From Lysobacter sp. (lineage in GTDB: Bacteria > Pseudomonadota > Gammaproteobacteria > Xanthomonadales > Xanthomonadaceae), in the NCBI GenBank assembly GCA_044464395.1, contig JBIQLI010000001.1, positions 94,509 to 158,508 on the forward strand: 64,000 bases of DNA. Reading direction: 5' to 3'. Below the pieces are notes generated by a model. The model worked only from the letters and a program-made list of their open reading frames with translations. It did no database searches and was not told where the DNA came from. The position numbers were made by a program, and so were the translations under genes. Below are positions 17,868 to 31,123 of the stretch, in pieces; position 1 is the stretch's first letter, and each line of letters opens with the position of its first letter.

Positions 17868-20234
17868 ATGCCGCACGCCCTGCACGACGCGATCCGCTTC
17901 TGGAAGGCGAGTCCCGGGCGCGGGCTGTTGTTGCTGGCCAGCTGCGCGCTGATCGTGGCGCTGGCGGCGGTCAACACCGTGGTGCTGCGCTCCTCGCTCT
18001 GGTTCACGCCGCCGGGCGTGGATCCGGGGATGCACTTCCTCACCTTGGGCCAGCACACCCCGGAAGGGCGCTTCGAACCGGTCGCGCTGCAAGACCTGGA
18101 CAGGTTGCGGTCGCTGGTCGCGCCCGGTGGATTTGCCGCATACGGCCGTTCCGATGGCGAGGTGCGCCTGGGCGACGCCTCCTGGCCGGCGCAACCGGTG
18201 GCCCTGGTCAGCGACCGATTTTTCGAAGTGCTCGGCGTGGATGCCATGATCGGCGAGACGCCCGGCGCCGACGCGCATGGAGCGATGCTCAGCCACGCAT
18301 TCTGGTCCGGTCCGCTTCACTCGGATCCTTCCATTGTCGGCAAGAGCATCAACATCGCCGGCGCGGACATTCGCGTGGTCGGCATCGCGCCGCCCGCGTT
18401 CAAGGGGCTGGGAGACCTGGCGCCGGTCGCCTGGATTCCGGACAAGTACACGCCGGCGTTCTTCGACCTGCTGTTGCCGCTGCCGCAGGAGATCGTGGAT
18501 TCGGCGAAGGCCGAGTTCGCGACCCTGGCGCCGTTCTTCTTCGGCATCGTCGACGCCGGCAAGGTGGATCCGGACGATCCGCGGCTGACCCGCTGGAAGG
18601 TCCGCGACACCCGCGAGATCTCGCTGTCCACGCCGACGGGGCCATTGAAGCTTGGCTTCGATGCCACCGGCCATGCCAGCGCGGTGTATCCGCGCATCGA
18701 CATCACGCCGCAGCGCACCGCCACCGTCGCCCGATACCTCGCGATCCTCGGCCTGCTCAACGCCGCGCTCGCGTTCCTTGCGCTGCTGAACCTTGCTTCG
18801 TTCTGGTCGGCGCGCACCAGCGAGCGTGCGCAGGAACTGCAGTGCATGGTGGCGGTGGGCGCGCGGCGCCGCGACCTGGCCGGCATGTTCCTGTCCGAGG
18901 CCCTTCCGTTCCTGGCCCTGGTGTTGCTGCTGTCGGTGCCGCTTGCCTACGGCCAATTCCACCTGGTGCGCCAGCTGCAACCGATGCAGGACTACCTGCA
19001 AGGCAGGGGCGTCGCCTTGTCCGCGCGCGATTTCCTTCCGGGACTGGGCCTCATTGTCGCGGTCGGCGTGGTGGCCGTGGCCTGGCCTTGGCGCTACCTG
19101 CGCGAAAGCGTCCTGCGCAGCCGTTCGATCGGTGCGACCGCCGCCACCGAGCGGGGCCGCAAGCTGGCGCATGCCCTGCAATGGGCACTGTCCGCCTTCG
19201 TGGCGGGCGCCGTGGGGCTGAGCCTGCTCGTCGCGCTGCGCCTGAACGCGGCGCCCTGGGGCGGCAGCGCCGATCCGGTGCTGGTGACGGCGCCGGAACA
19301 CGGCCTCGAAGCCGCATCGGATCTTGCGCGCAGGCTCGGGCTGGACGAGGACGCCATGGCCGTCATCCGGACCCCGCCGCTCACCCGTTTGCAGGTCCGC
19401 GCCGAGCTCCATGCGAACGAAGCCGGCGATAGCGTCCGCCATACGATCTACTTCAACGCGGCTTCGCCGCAGGCTTTCGACCTGCTCGGCGTCCCGCTCC
19501 TGGCCGGGCGCACCTATGCGCCGCACAGCGAGAACGAGGTCGTGTTGAGCGCCAGCGCCGCGGCCTTGTTCGGCGGTACCGCGGTGGTCGTCGGCAGACA
19601 CCTCACCCGCGCGGATCCGTTCGACGCCAGCCAGGACACCAGCGTGCTGGTCACCGGGGTGGTCGGGGACATCCACTACGACAGCGTGCGCACGCCTGCC
19701 GAAGCGGTGGCGTACGTGCCGCCGGAATCGTCCCTGTCCGGGATGACCGTGCTGCTGCCGCACCGGTTCCTCGCTTCCGGCGCGCTGGACCACGCGCACA
19801 GCATGTCGGACAAGCGCGCGGACCAGGTGCGCACCGAACTGCTGCTGGCCGGGTTCACGTTCTGCTATGCGGTGCTCGCGCTGGGCCTGATGGGACTGGG
19901 CCTGTTGTCCCTCGCCAGGACCCGACTGCAGCAACACGGCCGCGAACTGGGCCTGCGCGCGGCGCTGGGGGCGAGCCTGGGCCAGGCCGCGCGCGAGTTC
20001 ATGCGCGCGCCCGCGCTCGTTGCGGTCGCGGCGGCCTTGCCGGTCGTCCTGCTGTTCGTGCTGGCCCTGGCTGCCAATGCCGTGCCGATGCCATTGGCGC
20101 AGCCGCTCGATGCGGCCTGGGTCGGCCTCGGGATGGCCGCGGTGCTGCTGCTGTTCGGGGTGACGCTGTTCGGGTTCGCGCGGCGCAAGCTGGCACGGTT
20201 CAACCTGTCCGAACTGTTGCGCGCGGAGCGCTGA
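17868..20234 (+). CDS. Fused double FtsX/MacB-type ABC permease (788 aa)
   Basis: Two successive units, each with a TM segment, a large periplasmic domain and a 3-TM FtsX domain. The gap to the ATPase gene is 9 nt. Confidence 0.85.
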   Translation: MPHALHDAIRFWKASPGRGLLLLASCALIVALAAVNTVVLRSSLWFTPPGVDPGMHFLTLGQHTPEGRFEPVALQDLDRLRSLVAPGGFAAYGRSDGEVRLGDASWPAQPVALVSDRFFEVLGVDAMIGETPGADAHGAMLSHAFWSGPLHSDPSIVGKSINIAGADIRVVGIAPPAFKGLGDLAPVAWIPDKYTPAFFDLLLPLPQEIVDSAKAEFATLAPFFFGIVDAGKVDPDDPRLTRWKVRDTREISLSTPTGPLKLGFDATGHASAVYPRIDITPQRTATVARYLAILGLLNAALAFLALLNLASFWSARTSERAQELQCMVAVGARRRDLAGMFLSEALPFLALVLLLSVPLAYGQFHLVRQLQPMQDYLQGRGVALSARDFLPGLGLIVAVGVVAVAWPWRYLRESVLRSRSIGATAATERGRKLAHALQWALSAFVAGAVGLSLLVALRLNAAPWGGSADPVLVTAPEHGLEAASDLARRLGLDEDAMAVIRTPPLTRLQVRAELHANEAGDSVRHTIYFNAASPQAFDLLGVPLLAGRTYAPHSENEVVLSASAAALFGGTAVVVGRHLTRADPFDASQDTSVLVTGVVGDIHYDSVRTPAEAVAYVPPESSLSGMTVLLPHRFLASGALDHAHSMSDKRADQVRTELLLAGFTFCYAVLALGLMGLGLLSLARTRLQQHGRELGLRAALGASLGQAAREFMRAPALVAVAAALPVVLLFVLALAANAVPMPLAQPLDAAWVGLGMAAVLLLFGVTLFGFARRKLARFNLSELLRAER

Positions 20235-20243
20235 TCCGCGCCG

Positions 20244-21791
20244 TCAGGCGGTGTTCCGGCGCCCCAGCCCGGCCATGCCCTCGGCCAGCTTGGCGGGATC
20301 CACCGGCTTGACGATGTGCCCGTCGAAGCCTGCCTTGGCGGCGTCGGCGACATCGCGCGCCTGGCCCCAGCCGGTGACCGCCAGGATCCGTAGGCCACGG
20401 CCATGCGCCTCGCGGATCCGCCGGCAGGTACTGAAGCCGTCGAGCCCGGGCATGCCCAGGTCCAGCAGCACCAGGTCCGGCATCCGCTCGGCGACCGCCT
20501 CCAGGCAACTCTCGCCGTCGTAGGTGATCCGCACCTGGTGGCCGGCCAGGCGCAGCATCTGCGCGAGGGAATCGGCGTTCTCCTGGTTGTCGTCGGTGAC
20601 GACGATGTCCAGCGGATCGCCGTCGAAGGTGGCGAGTACGGGTTCCATGTGTGGCCTCTCCCCTGATGCCAGCAATGGCAGTTGGACGATGAATTCGGTG
20701 CCGCGGCCGACCCCTTCGCTGAGCGCGGCGACCGTGCCGCCATGCATGGCGACCAGGCTGCGCGCCAGAGTCAGGCCGATGCCCAGCCCGCCCTGCGCCA
20801 GGCGCCGGCCATGCTCGTCCTGCGCGAACAGGTCGAAGACCCGGTCCAGCATCTCGCTTGGCAGGCCGATGCCGTTGTCGCGCACCGAGACCCGCGCGTG
20901 GCGGTCCTCGCGCGCCACCTCGACGATGATCCGCCCGCCCTTGGGGGTGTACTTGGCGGCGTTGTTGAGCAGGTTGGCGAACACCTGCGACAGGCGCACG
21001 CCGTCGGCCAGAACCGGCAACGCCTCCAGCGGATCCATGCGCAGGTCGAACGCGTGGTGGGCGTGCACGATCAGCGGCCGGCTGGTCTCGATGGCGGCGT
21101 GGACGATGTCGCGCAGGTCGGTGGGCACCTTGCGCAGCTCGATCTTGCCCCGGGTGATGCGCGAGACTTCCAGCAGGTCGTCGGTCATCCGCACCAGGGT
21201 CATGACCTGGCGTTCCATGATCGCGCGCAGGCGCTTGCCTTCGACGTCGTCGGAGTCGCGCAAGCGTAGGATGTGCAGGCAGTTGCTCAGCGGCGCCAGC
21301 GGGTTGCGCAGCTCGTGCGCCAGGGTCGCGAGGAATTCGTCCTTGCGTGCATCGGCCAGCTTCAGCGCGTCGCGGCTGTCCTCGACCGACTTGCGCGCCT
21401 CCACCCCGGCGGAAATGTCGCGGAAGTAGCAGACCACGCCGGGCGTGCCGTCGGGCAGGCCGATCCGGAATACCCGCCACTCGTAGTACTCGGTATTGCC
21501 GGTGTCCAGGCGCTGGCCGATGAATTCGTCGCTGACGAAGGGCTCGCCGGTCTCGAGCGTGTGGCGGAACACCTCCAGCGACATCGCCGCGGCGTCCGGC
21601 CCCCACAGCTCGGCGAGCATCGGCCCTAGCCCGCGTCCGACCATGTCCTGCGCGAAGCGGCCGAAGGCGCGGGTGGCTTCGGCATTGGCGTGCATGACGC
21701 ACATGTCGGCGTCGAGCACATAGATGCCGATCGGGGCAGCGTCGATGAGGCTGCCCACCAGCGCGGCATGGTCGCGCAAGCCGTGGTTCAT
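20244..21791 (-). CDS. Hybrid sensor histidine kinase (PAS - HisKA - HATPase - REC)
   Basis: H-box LAHELRNPLAP, N/G boxes NLLNNAAKYTP and GGLGIGLTLA, and a C-terminal receiver (…DLVLLDLGMPGLDG…KP). Confidence 0.9.
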   Translation of the reverse strand: MNHGLRDHAALVGSLIDAAPIGIYVLDADMCVMHANAEATRAFGRFAQDMVGRGLGPMLAELWGPDAAAMSLEVFRHTLETGEPFVSDEFIGQRLDTGNTEYYEWRVFRIGLPDGTPGVVCYFRDISAGVEARKSVEDSRDALKLADARKDEFLATLAHELRNPLAPLSNCLHILRLRDSDDVEGKRLRAIMERQVMTLVRMTDDLLEVSRITRGKIELRKVPTDLRDIVHAAIETSRPLIVHAHHAFDLRMDPLEALPVLADGVRLSQVFANLLNNAAKYTPKGGRIIVEVAREDRHARVSVRDNGIGLPSEMLDRVFDLFAQDEHGRRLAQGGLGIGLTLARSLVAMHGGTVAALSEGVGRGTEFIVQLPLLASGERPHMEPVLATFDGDPLDIVVTDDNQENADSLAQMLRLAGHQVRITYDGESCLEAVAERMPDLVLLDLGMPGLDGFSTCRRIREAHGRGLRILAVTGWGQARDVADAAKAGFDGHIVKPVDPAKLAEGMAGLGRRNTA

Positions 21792-21895
21792 GGTCCCCCC
21801 GGGGCGACCCCGCGCCCTCGGGATCGTTATAGACCCGCCCCGGGGGGGCGAATGTCAAAACTACGTCAAGACGGGCCGGGAGCAGCCGGCCGGCC

Positions 21896-24066
<2,171 letters not shown>

Positions 24067-24070
<4 letters not shown>

Positions 24071-24465
24071 GCGTCTGCTCCGGCCAGCGCCCCCATGATC
24101 GGGCAGTGCACCAGGGCGCCGTGGCCCGGGCAGGACTCGACCAGCTCGGTCAGGCCCTGGCGGATGCGCTGCAGCTCGGCGAGCTTGGCGTCCACATCGG
24201 CCAGCTTCTGGATCGCGGCGGCCTTCATCCCGGCCATGTCCTCCTCGCGCCGCGAGGAAAGCTGCAGCAGTTCCTGGATCTCGCCGAGGGTGAAGCCCAG
24301 CGCCTTGGCCCGGCGGATGAAGCGCAGGCGTTCGACCGCGTCGTCGTCGTAATCGCGATAGCCGGAGGCGAGGCGGGCGGGGGCCGGGAGCAGGCCTTCG
24401 CGTTCGTAGTAGCGCACCGTGTCGATGGCGACGCCGGCGCGCCTGGCAAGGGTTCCGATCTTCAT
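24067..24465 (-). CDS. MerR-family heavy-metal-responsive regulator (CueR-like)
   Basis: [30 protein letters not shown] and C-terminal [11 protein letters not shown] metal loop. ATGA overlap with copA. Confidence 0.88.
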
Positions 24466-24471
24466 GGGCCC

Positions 24472-24503
24472 ATTCTGGACCCCGGACCCTGGTCCGGAGT
24501 CAA
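24472..24503 (-). promoter_or_regulatory. MerR-type promoter with 20-bp spacer and internal dyad
   Basis: On the minus strand: TTGACT (24503-24498), a 20-nt spacer containing CCGGACC-AG-GGTCCGG (24482-24497), then CAGAAT (24477-24472). The -10 element ends only 6 nt before the regulator ATG. Confidence 0.5.
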
Positions 24504-24515
24504 GGCCCGCGGGAC

Positions 24516-24971
24516 TCAGTGTTCCGCGTACGCGCTTGTGCTGCCGTCCTTCGCGACGAGCTCCACCGTGTACGGCTGGGTACGGCCGTCGGGCGCCTCC
24601 ATGCCGGGCGACCCGACCGGCATGCCGGGGACGGCCAGGCCCTTCGCGTCGGGCTTTTCGGCGAGCAGGCGCTTCACGTCCACCGCCGGCACGTGGCCCT
24701 CGATGAAATAGCCGCCGACCTCGGCGGTGTGGCAGGAGCCCTTGCCGGGCGGCACGCCGACGCGCTCCTTGACCGGGCTCATGTTGGCCACGTTGCGCAC
24801 TTCGACCTCGAAGCCGGCCTTGCGCATGTGCTCGACCCAGCCGTTGCAGCAGCCGCAGTACTCGTTCTTGTGCACGACCACCAGCGGGCCGGCGGCGACG
24901 GCGGTGAAGGCAATCCCCAGCAGGGGCAGGAGGGCGAGGCGGGCGAGGGCGGAGGCGTTCATGGGTGGCAT
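24516..24971 (-). CDS. DUF411 (CopG-like) periplasmic metal-binding protein
   Basis: Signal peptide, then VVVHKNEYCGCCNGWVEHMRKAGFEV… and …CHTAEVGGYFIEGHVP. Start at ATG 24971 or 24962. Confidence 0.8.
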   Translation of the reverse strand: MPPMNASALARLALLPLLGIAFTAVAAGPLVVVHKNEYCGCCNGWVEHMRKAGFEVEVRNVANMSPVKERVGVPPGKGSCHTAEVGGYFIEGHVPAVDVKRLLAEKPDAKGLAVPGMPVGSPGMEAPDGRTQPYTVELVAKDGSTSAYAEH

Positions 24972-25116
24972 TGTGGACCATGGAGCGTGGTCGAGGGTCA
25001 AGTCGCATCGCATTTGAAACAGTGAATACCAGGAATCGGCCCTTGGACGGTGGCCCGCGCTCCCAATCTCCTTCCCGCGACATTCCATCGCGACAGCCAC
25101 AAGAAGGAGCTCCACA

Positions 25117-25650
25117 ATGCGCATCTCCCCCATCCTTGCCGCCTCGGTCCTCGCCCTCGCCCTCGGCGCGGTGTCGTTCGGCGCCCACGCCGCGGACCCC
25201 GACGGCTTCTACGTCGGTGCCGGCGCCGGCCAGTCGATGATCGACGAGGACTTCGCCGATGACGAAGACACCGCCTTCCAGGTGTTCGCCGGCTACCAGT
25301 TCAATCGCTACTTCGGCGCCGAGGCGGCCTATACCGACTTCGGCAAGGTCGACGTGACCGGCAACGTCGGCGAGCTCGAGGCCGATTCCTGGTCGCTGGT
25401 GGCGGTGGGCACCGTGCCGTTCACCGACCGGTTCTCCGGCTACGCGAAGGCGGGCTTCCACGACTGGGACGCCGAACTGGATGTTCCGGCCGTCGGTCCC
25501 GCCGACGACAACGGCACCGACCCGACCTATGGCCTGGGCCTGCAGTACCGCTTCACCGACAACCTCTCGCTGCGCGGCGAGTACAGCCGCTTCGAGATGG
25601 ACGACGTGGACGTGGACCTGGCGCAGCTGCAGCTGCGCGTCGACTTCTGA
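25117..25650 (+). CDS. Small outer-membrane beta-barrel protein (OmpA-like N-terminal barrel / OMP_b-brl family)
   Basis: Signal peptide …GAVSFGAHA/AD, alternating beta-strand pattern, and a terminal …LQLRVDF with C-terminal Phe. Confidence 0.8.
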   Translation: MRISPILAASVLALALGAVSFGAHAADPDGFYVGAGAGQSMIDEDFADDEDTAFQVFAGYQFNRYFGAEAAYTDFGKVDVTGNVGELEADSWSLVAVGTVPFTDRFSGYAKAGFHDWDAELDVPAVGPADDNGTDPTYGLGLQYRFTDNLSLRGEYSRFEMDDVDVDLAQLQLRVDF

Positions 25651-25674
25651 GCCGCGTCCCGGCGCGATGATCGG

Positions 25675-25704
25675 AAAGGCCGGTCCGGCAGCGGACCGGC
25701 CTTT
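25675..25704. terminator. Bidirectional rho-independent terminator between the OMP gene and glmS
   Basis: AAAGGCCGGTCCG-GCAG-CGGACCGGCCTTT: a 13-bp stem flanked by A-run and T-run. Confidence 0.8.
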
Positions 25705-25707
25705 TCC

Positions 25708-27540
<1,833 letters not shown>

Positions 27541-27597
27541 GGGGACGGGGACTCCTGCAGGGGAAACGCCAGTGTAGCGGCTGGCGGCCGCGGCGGC

Positions 27598-27631
27598 TGT
27601 CCGCGCGGACACCCCGGCGTGTCCGCGGACA
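27598..27631 (+). promoter_or_regulatory. Two palindromic sites (putative enhancer/UAS for the sigma54 activator)
   Basis: TGTCCGCGCGGACA (27598-27611) and TGTCCGCGGACA (27620-27631), 45-80 bp upstream of the -24 element. Confidence 0.45.
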
Positions 27632-27675
27632 GCCTGGCCCGGGCGGGAATCCGCGCCGATGCAACGTTCCAGGCT

Positions 27676-27691
27676 TGGCACGCATCCTGCA
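27676..27691 (+). promoter_or_regulatory. Sigma54 (-24/-12) promoter
   Basis: TGGCACGCATCCTGCA compared with consensus TGGCACG-N4-TTGCA. GG is at 27677-78 and GC at 27689-90, with exact 12-nt register. The first ATG downstream is the adaptor gene start at 27731. Confidence 0.8.
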
Positions 27692-27730
27692 TGTACGGGA
27701 GGCAAGCCCCCCGCAGGACACCCCCGCCGC

Positions 27731-29011
27731 ATGAGCATCCGCGACACCTCCGCCCAGGACATCCCGGTCGGCAACGCCGCCGCCCGCCGCGCCCGCCAGC
27801 GCCGGCACTGGCTGCTGTATGCCGGTGGCGGCGCGGCGTTGCTGCTGGTGGGCGCCTGGCTGGTGTCGGGCTGGGCCGCCGGCAGCCGCTCGGTGAGCGG
27901 CGAGCGGGTGCGCATCGCCACCGTCACCCGTGGCGACCTGGTCCGCGACATTTCCGCCGAGGGCCGGGTGATCGCCGCCAACAGCCCCACCCTGTACGCG
28001 GTCGCCGGCGGCACCGTCACCCTGCACGTGGTGGCCGGCGACAAGGTGGAGAAGGGCACCGCGCTGGCCGAGATCGACAGCCCCGAGCTGCGCAGCCGCC
28101 TCGCCCAGGAGCAGGCGACGCTGGCCAGCGTCGAGGCCGAGGCCAGCCGCGCCGCGCTGGATGCCCAGGTCACCCGATCCAGCGCGCGCCAGCTCCTGGA
28201 AGAAGCCGAACTCGCCCGCCAGGCCGCCGCCCGCGACCTGGAGCGCTACCGCCGAGCGTTCGAGGGCGGCGCGGTCGCGCAGATCGACGTGGCCCGCGCC
28301 GAGGACACCCTCAAGGCCGCCGAGATCGCACTGGCCAACGCCCGCGTCGCCAGCGGCCTGCAGGGCAAGGGGGCAGGGCTGGACCTGCGCAACAAGCGCC
28401 TGCAGGCCGATCGCCAGCGCGCGGTCGTGGCCGAACTGCAACGCCAGGTGGACGCGCTCACCCTGCGCGCGCCGTTCGACGGCCAGGTCGGCCAGGTGCA
28501 GGTGCAGCAGCGCGCCAACGTCGCCGAGAACGCGCCGGTGCTGAGCGTGGTCGACCTGTCGCGCTTCGAGGTCGAGATCCGGGTCCCGGAAAGCTTCGCC
28601 CGCGACCTGGCCATCGGGATGCCGGCGCAACTGCGCAGCGGCAGCGGCGAGCCGTTCCCCGCCGAGGTCTCGGCGGTGTCGCCGGAAGTGGTGAACGGCG
28701 AGGTCACCGCGCGCCTGCGCTTCACCGACAGGCAACCGCCCGGCCTGCGCCAGAACCAGCGGTTGTCGGCGCGGATCCTGCTCGACACGCGCAAGGACGT
28801 GCTGATGGTCGACCGCGGCCCGTTCCTGGAACAGGGCGGCGGCCGCAGCGCGTACGTGATGGACGGCGATGTCGCGGTGCGGCGCCCGGTCGAGACCGGC
28901 GCCAGCAGCCTGGGCTACGTCGAGATCGTCTCCGGCGCGCAGGAAGGCGACCGCATCGTGGTGTCCGGCAGCGACCAGTTCGGCGACGCGGAACGCGTCG
29001 TCGTCAACTAA
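27731..29011 (+). CDS. HlyD/MacA-family periplasmic adaptor
   Basis: ATG 27731 ([10 protein letters not shown]…), a TM segment ([19 protein letters not shown]), lipoyl motif [18 protein letters not shown], and a coiled coil. Confidence 0.88.
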   Translation: MSIRDTSAQDIPVGNAAARRARQRRHWLLYAGGGAALLLVGAWLVSGWAAGSRSVSGERVRIATVTRGDLVRDISAEGRVIAANSPTLYAVAGGTVTLHVVAGDKVEKGTALAEIDSPELRSRLAQEQATLASVEAEASRAALDAQVTRSSARQLLEEAELARQAAARDLERYRRAFEGGAVAQIDVARAEDTLKAAEIALANARVASGLQGKGAGLDLRNKRLQADRQRAVVAELQRQVDALTLRAPFDGQVGQVQVQQRANVAENAPVLSVVDLSRFEVEIRVPESFARDLAIGMPAQLRSGSGEPFPAEVSAVSPEVVNGEVTARLRFTDRQPPGLRQNQRLSARILLDTRKDVLMVDRGPFLEQGGGRSAYVMDGDVAVRRPVETGASSLGYVEIVSGAQEGDRIVVSGSDQFGDAERVVVN

Positions 29012-29021
29012 CCAAAAAGAC

Positions 29022-29044
29022 AGCCGACCACGGGTCGGCTCTAC
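29022..29044. repeat. REP-like element inside the operon (adaptor-ATPase intergenic)
   Basis: AGCCGACCACGGGTCGGCTCTAC. Confidence 0.75.
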
Positions 29045-29056
29045 GGGAGAAGCAAC

Positions 29057-29773
29057 ATGCTCGAGATGCGCCAGGTCAGCAAGGTCTACCGCACCGAACT
29101 CGTCGAAACCCATGCGCTGCGCGCGCTCGACCTGCACGTGCGCGAAGGCGAGTTCGTCGCGGTCACCGGCCCCTCGGGCTCGGGCAAGACCACCTTCCTC
29201 AACATCGCCGGGCTGCTGGAGACCTTCACCGGCGGCGAGTACCTGCTCGACGGCCAGGACGTGCAAGGGCTGTCGGACGATGCGCGCTCGAAGCTGCGCA
29301 ACCAGAAGATCGGCTTCATCTTCCAGAGCTTCAACCTGATCCCGGACCTCAACCTGTTCGACAACTGCGACGTGCCGCTGCGCTACCGCGGCATGGCCGC
29401 GGCCGAGCGCAAGCGCCGGATCGAGGAAGCGCTGGGCCAGGTCGGCCTGGGCTCGCGCATGAAGCACTACCCGGCCGAGCTCTCGGGCGGCCAGCAACAG
29501 CGCGCCGCGATCGCACGCGCCCTGGCCGGCAGCCCGCGCCTGCTGCTCGCCGACGAGCCCACCGGCAACCTCGACTCGCAGATGGCGCGCGGGGTGATGG
29601 AGCTGCTGGAGGACATCAACGCCAAGGGCACCACCATCGTGATGGTCACCCACGACCCGGAGCTGGCCGCGCGCGCCCAGCGCAACGTGCACATCGTCGA
29701 CGGCATGGCCACCGACCTGAGCGTCGAGCCGAGCCTGCGCCGCGTCGCCAGCGAAGCCCTCGCCAACGGCTGA
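29057..29773 (+). CDS. ABC transporter ATP-binding protein (MacB/LolD type)
   Basis: GPSGSGKTT, LSGGQQQR and [12 protein letters not shown]. It is a close paralog of 41941..42669 (the YRTELVETHALR…GEFVAVTGPSGSGKTTFL block is shared). Confidence 0.92.
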   Translation: MLEMRQVSKVYRTELVETHALRALDLHVREGEFVAVTGPSGSGKTTFLNIAGLLETFTGGEYLLDGQDVQGLSDDARSKLRNQKIGFIFQSFNLIPDLNLFDNCDVPLRYRGMAAAERKRRIEEALGQVGLGSRMKHYPAELSGGQQQRAAIARALAGSPRLLLADEPTGNLDSQMARGVMELLEDINAKGTTIVMVTHDPELAARAQRNVHIVDGMATDLSVEPSLRRVASEALANG

Positions 29774-29785
29774 GGAGCCCACGCC

Positions 29786-31102
29786 ATGTTCGCCTACTAC
29801 TTCGACCTGGCCTTGCGCAGCTTCCGCCGCAACAAGGCCCTGACCACGCTGATGGTGCTGGCGATCGCGCTGGGCATCGGCGCCAGCATGACCACGCTCA
29901 CCGTGTTCCACGTGCTGTCCGGCGATCCGCTGCCGGGCAGGAGCGGCCAGCTCTATTACGTGCAGTTGGACGCCGGCTCGATGGACGGCTACCAGCCCGG
30001 CGAGGAGCCGGACACCCAGCTCACCCGCTATGACGCGGAGGAATTGCTGCGGCAGGCGAAGGGCGACCGCCAGGCGCTGATGACCGGTGGCAGCGTCGCG
30101 GTGACCCCGGCCAAGCAGGGCCTGGATCCGTTCTACAGCGACGTGCGCTACACCAGCGCGGATTTCTTCGCGATGTTCGGCACCCCGTTCCTTTACGGAC
30201 AGGGCTGGACCGGCGCGGAGGACGTGCGCCGCGAACGCGTCGTGGTGTTGTCCAGGGCCCTGAACGACAAGCTTTTCGGCGGCGCCGACAGCACTGGCCG
30301 GACCGTGCGCCTGGACCAGTCGGATTTCCGCGTCGTCGGCGTGCTCGACGACTGGCGCCCGACCCCGCGCTTCTACGACCTCAACTCCAACCGCTACGGC
30401 GCCGCCGAGCAGGCGTTCCTGCCGTTCTCCACCTCGCGCGACCTGAAGATGTCGCGCAACGGCAGCATGAACTGCTGGCGCAACGCCAGCCAGAGCGACG
30501 ACCCCGAGGGCGAGACCGGCGTCAACGCGCCCTGCACCTGGCTGCAATACTGGGTGGAACTGGGCACCCCGGCCAAGGCCGACGCCTACCGGCAGTACCT
30601 GCGCAACTACTCCGACCAGCAGCGCGCCGGCGGGCGCTTCGAGCGGCCCACCAACGTGCGCCTGCGTTCGGTGATGGAGTGGCTGGACTTCAACGAAGTG
30701 GTGCCGGGCGACGTGCGCCTGCAGGTATGGCTGGCGTTCGGCTTCCTGGGCGTGTGCCTGCTCAATACGGTCGGCCTGCTGCTGGCGAAGTTCCTGCGCC
30801 GCTCGAGCGAAATCGGCGTGCGTCGCGCGCTGGGCGCCTCGCGCCGGGCGATCTTCGCCCAGTGCCTGGTCGAAGCCGGCACCGTCGGCCTGGCCGGCGG
30901 CCTGCTCGGCCTCGGGCTGGCCCAGCTCGGCCTGTGGGCCGTGCGCCAGCAGCCGGTGAGCTACGCGGACCTGGTCCACCTGGATCCGCTGATGCTCACG
31001 ACCACCTTCGTGCTCGCGATCTTCGCCAGCGTGCTGGCCGGCCTGGTGCCGGCGTGGCAGGCCTGCCAGGTCACCCCCGCCATGCAGCTCAAGTCGCAGT
31101 AA
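29786..31102 (+). CDS. MacB/FtsX-type ABC permease, type A (438 aa)
   Basis: TM1, a periplasmic domain and a 3-TM FtsX domain. It shares the N-terminal block …GDPLPGRSGQLYY with 33647..34963 and 40634..41944. Confidence 0.88.
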   Translation: MFAYYFDLALRSFRRNKALTTLMVLAIALGIGASMTTLTVFHVLSGDPLPGRSGQLYYVQLDAGSMDGYQPGEEPDTQLTRYDAEELLRQAKGDRQALMTGGSVAVTPAKQGLDPFYSDVRYTSADFFAMFGTPFLYGQGWTGAEDVRRERVVVLSRALNDKLFGGADSTGRTVRLDQSDFRVVGVLDDWRPTPRFYDLNSNRYGAAEQAFLPFSTSRDLKMSRNGSMNCWRNASQSDDPEGETGVNAPCTWLQYWVELGTPAKADAYRQYLRNYSDQQRAGGRFERPTNVRLRSVMEWLDFNEVVPGDVRLQVWLAFGFLGVCLLNTVGLLLAKFLRRSSEIGVRRALGASRRAIFAQCLVEAGTVGLAGGLLGLGLAQLGLWAVRQQPVSYADLVHLDPLMLTTTFVLAIFASVLAGLVPAWQACQVTPAMQLKSQ

Positions 31103-31123
31103 CGACTTCCCCGGAGACCCCAC

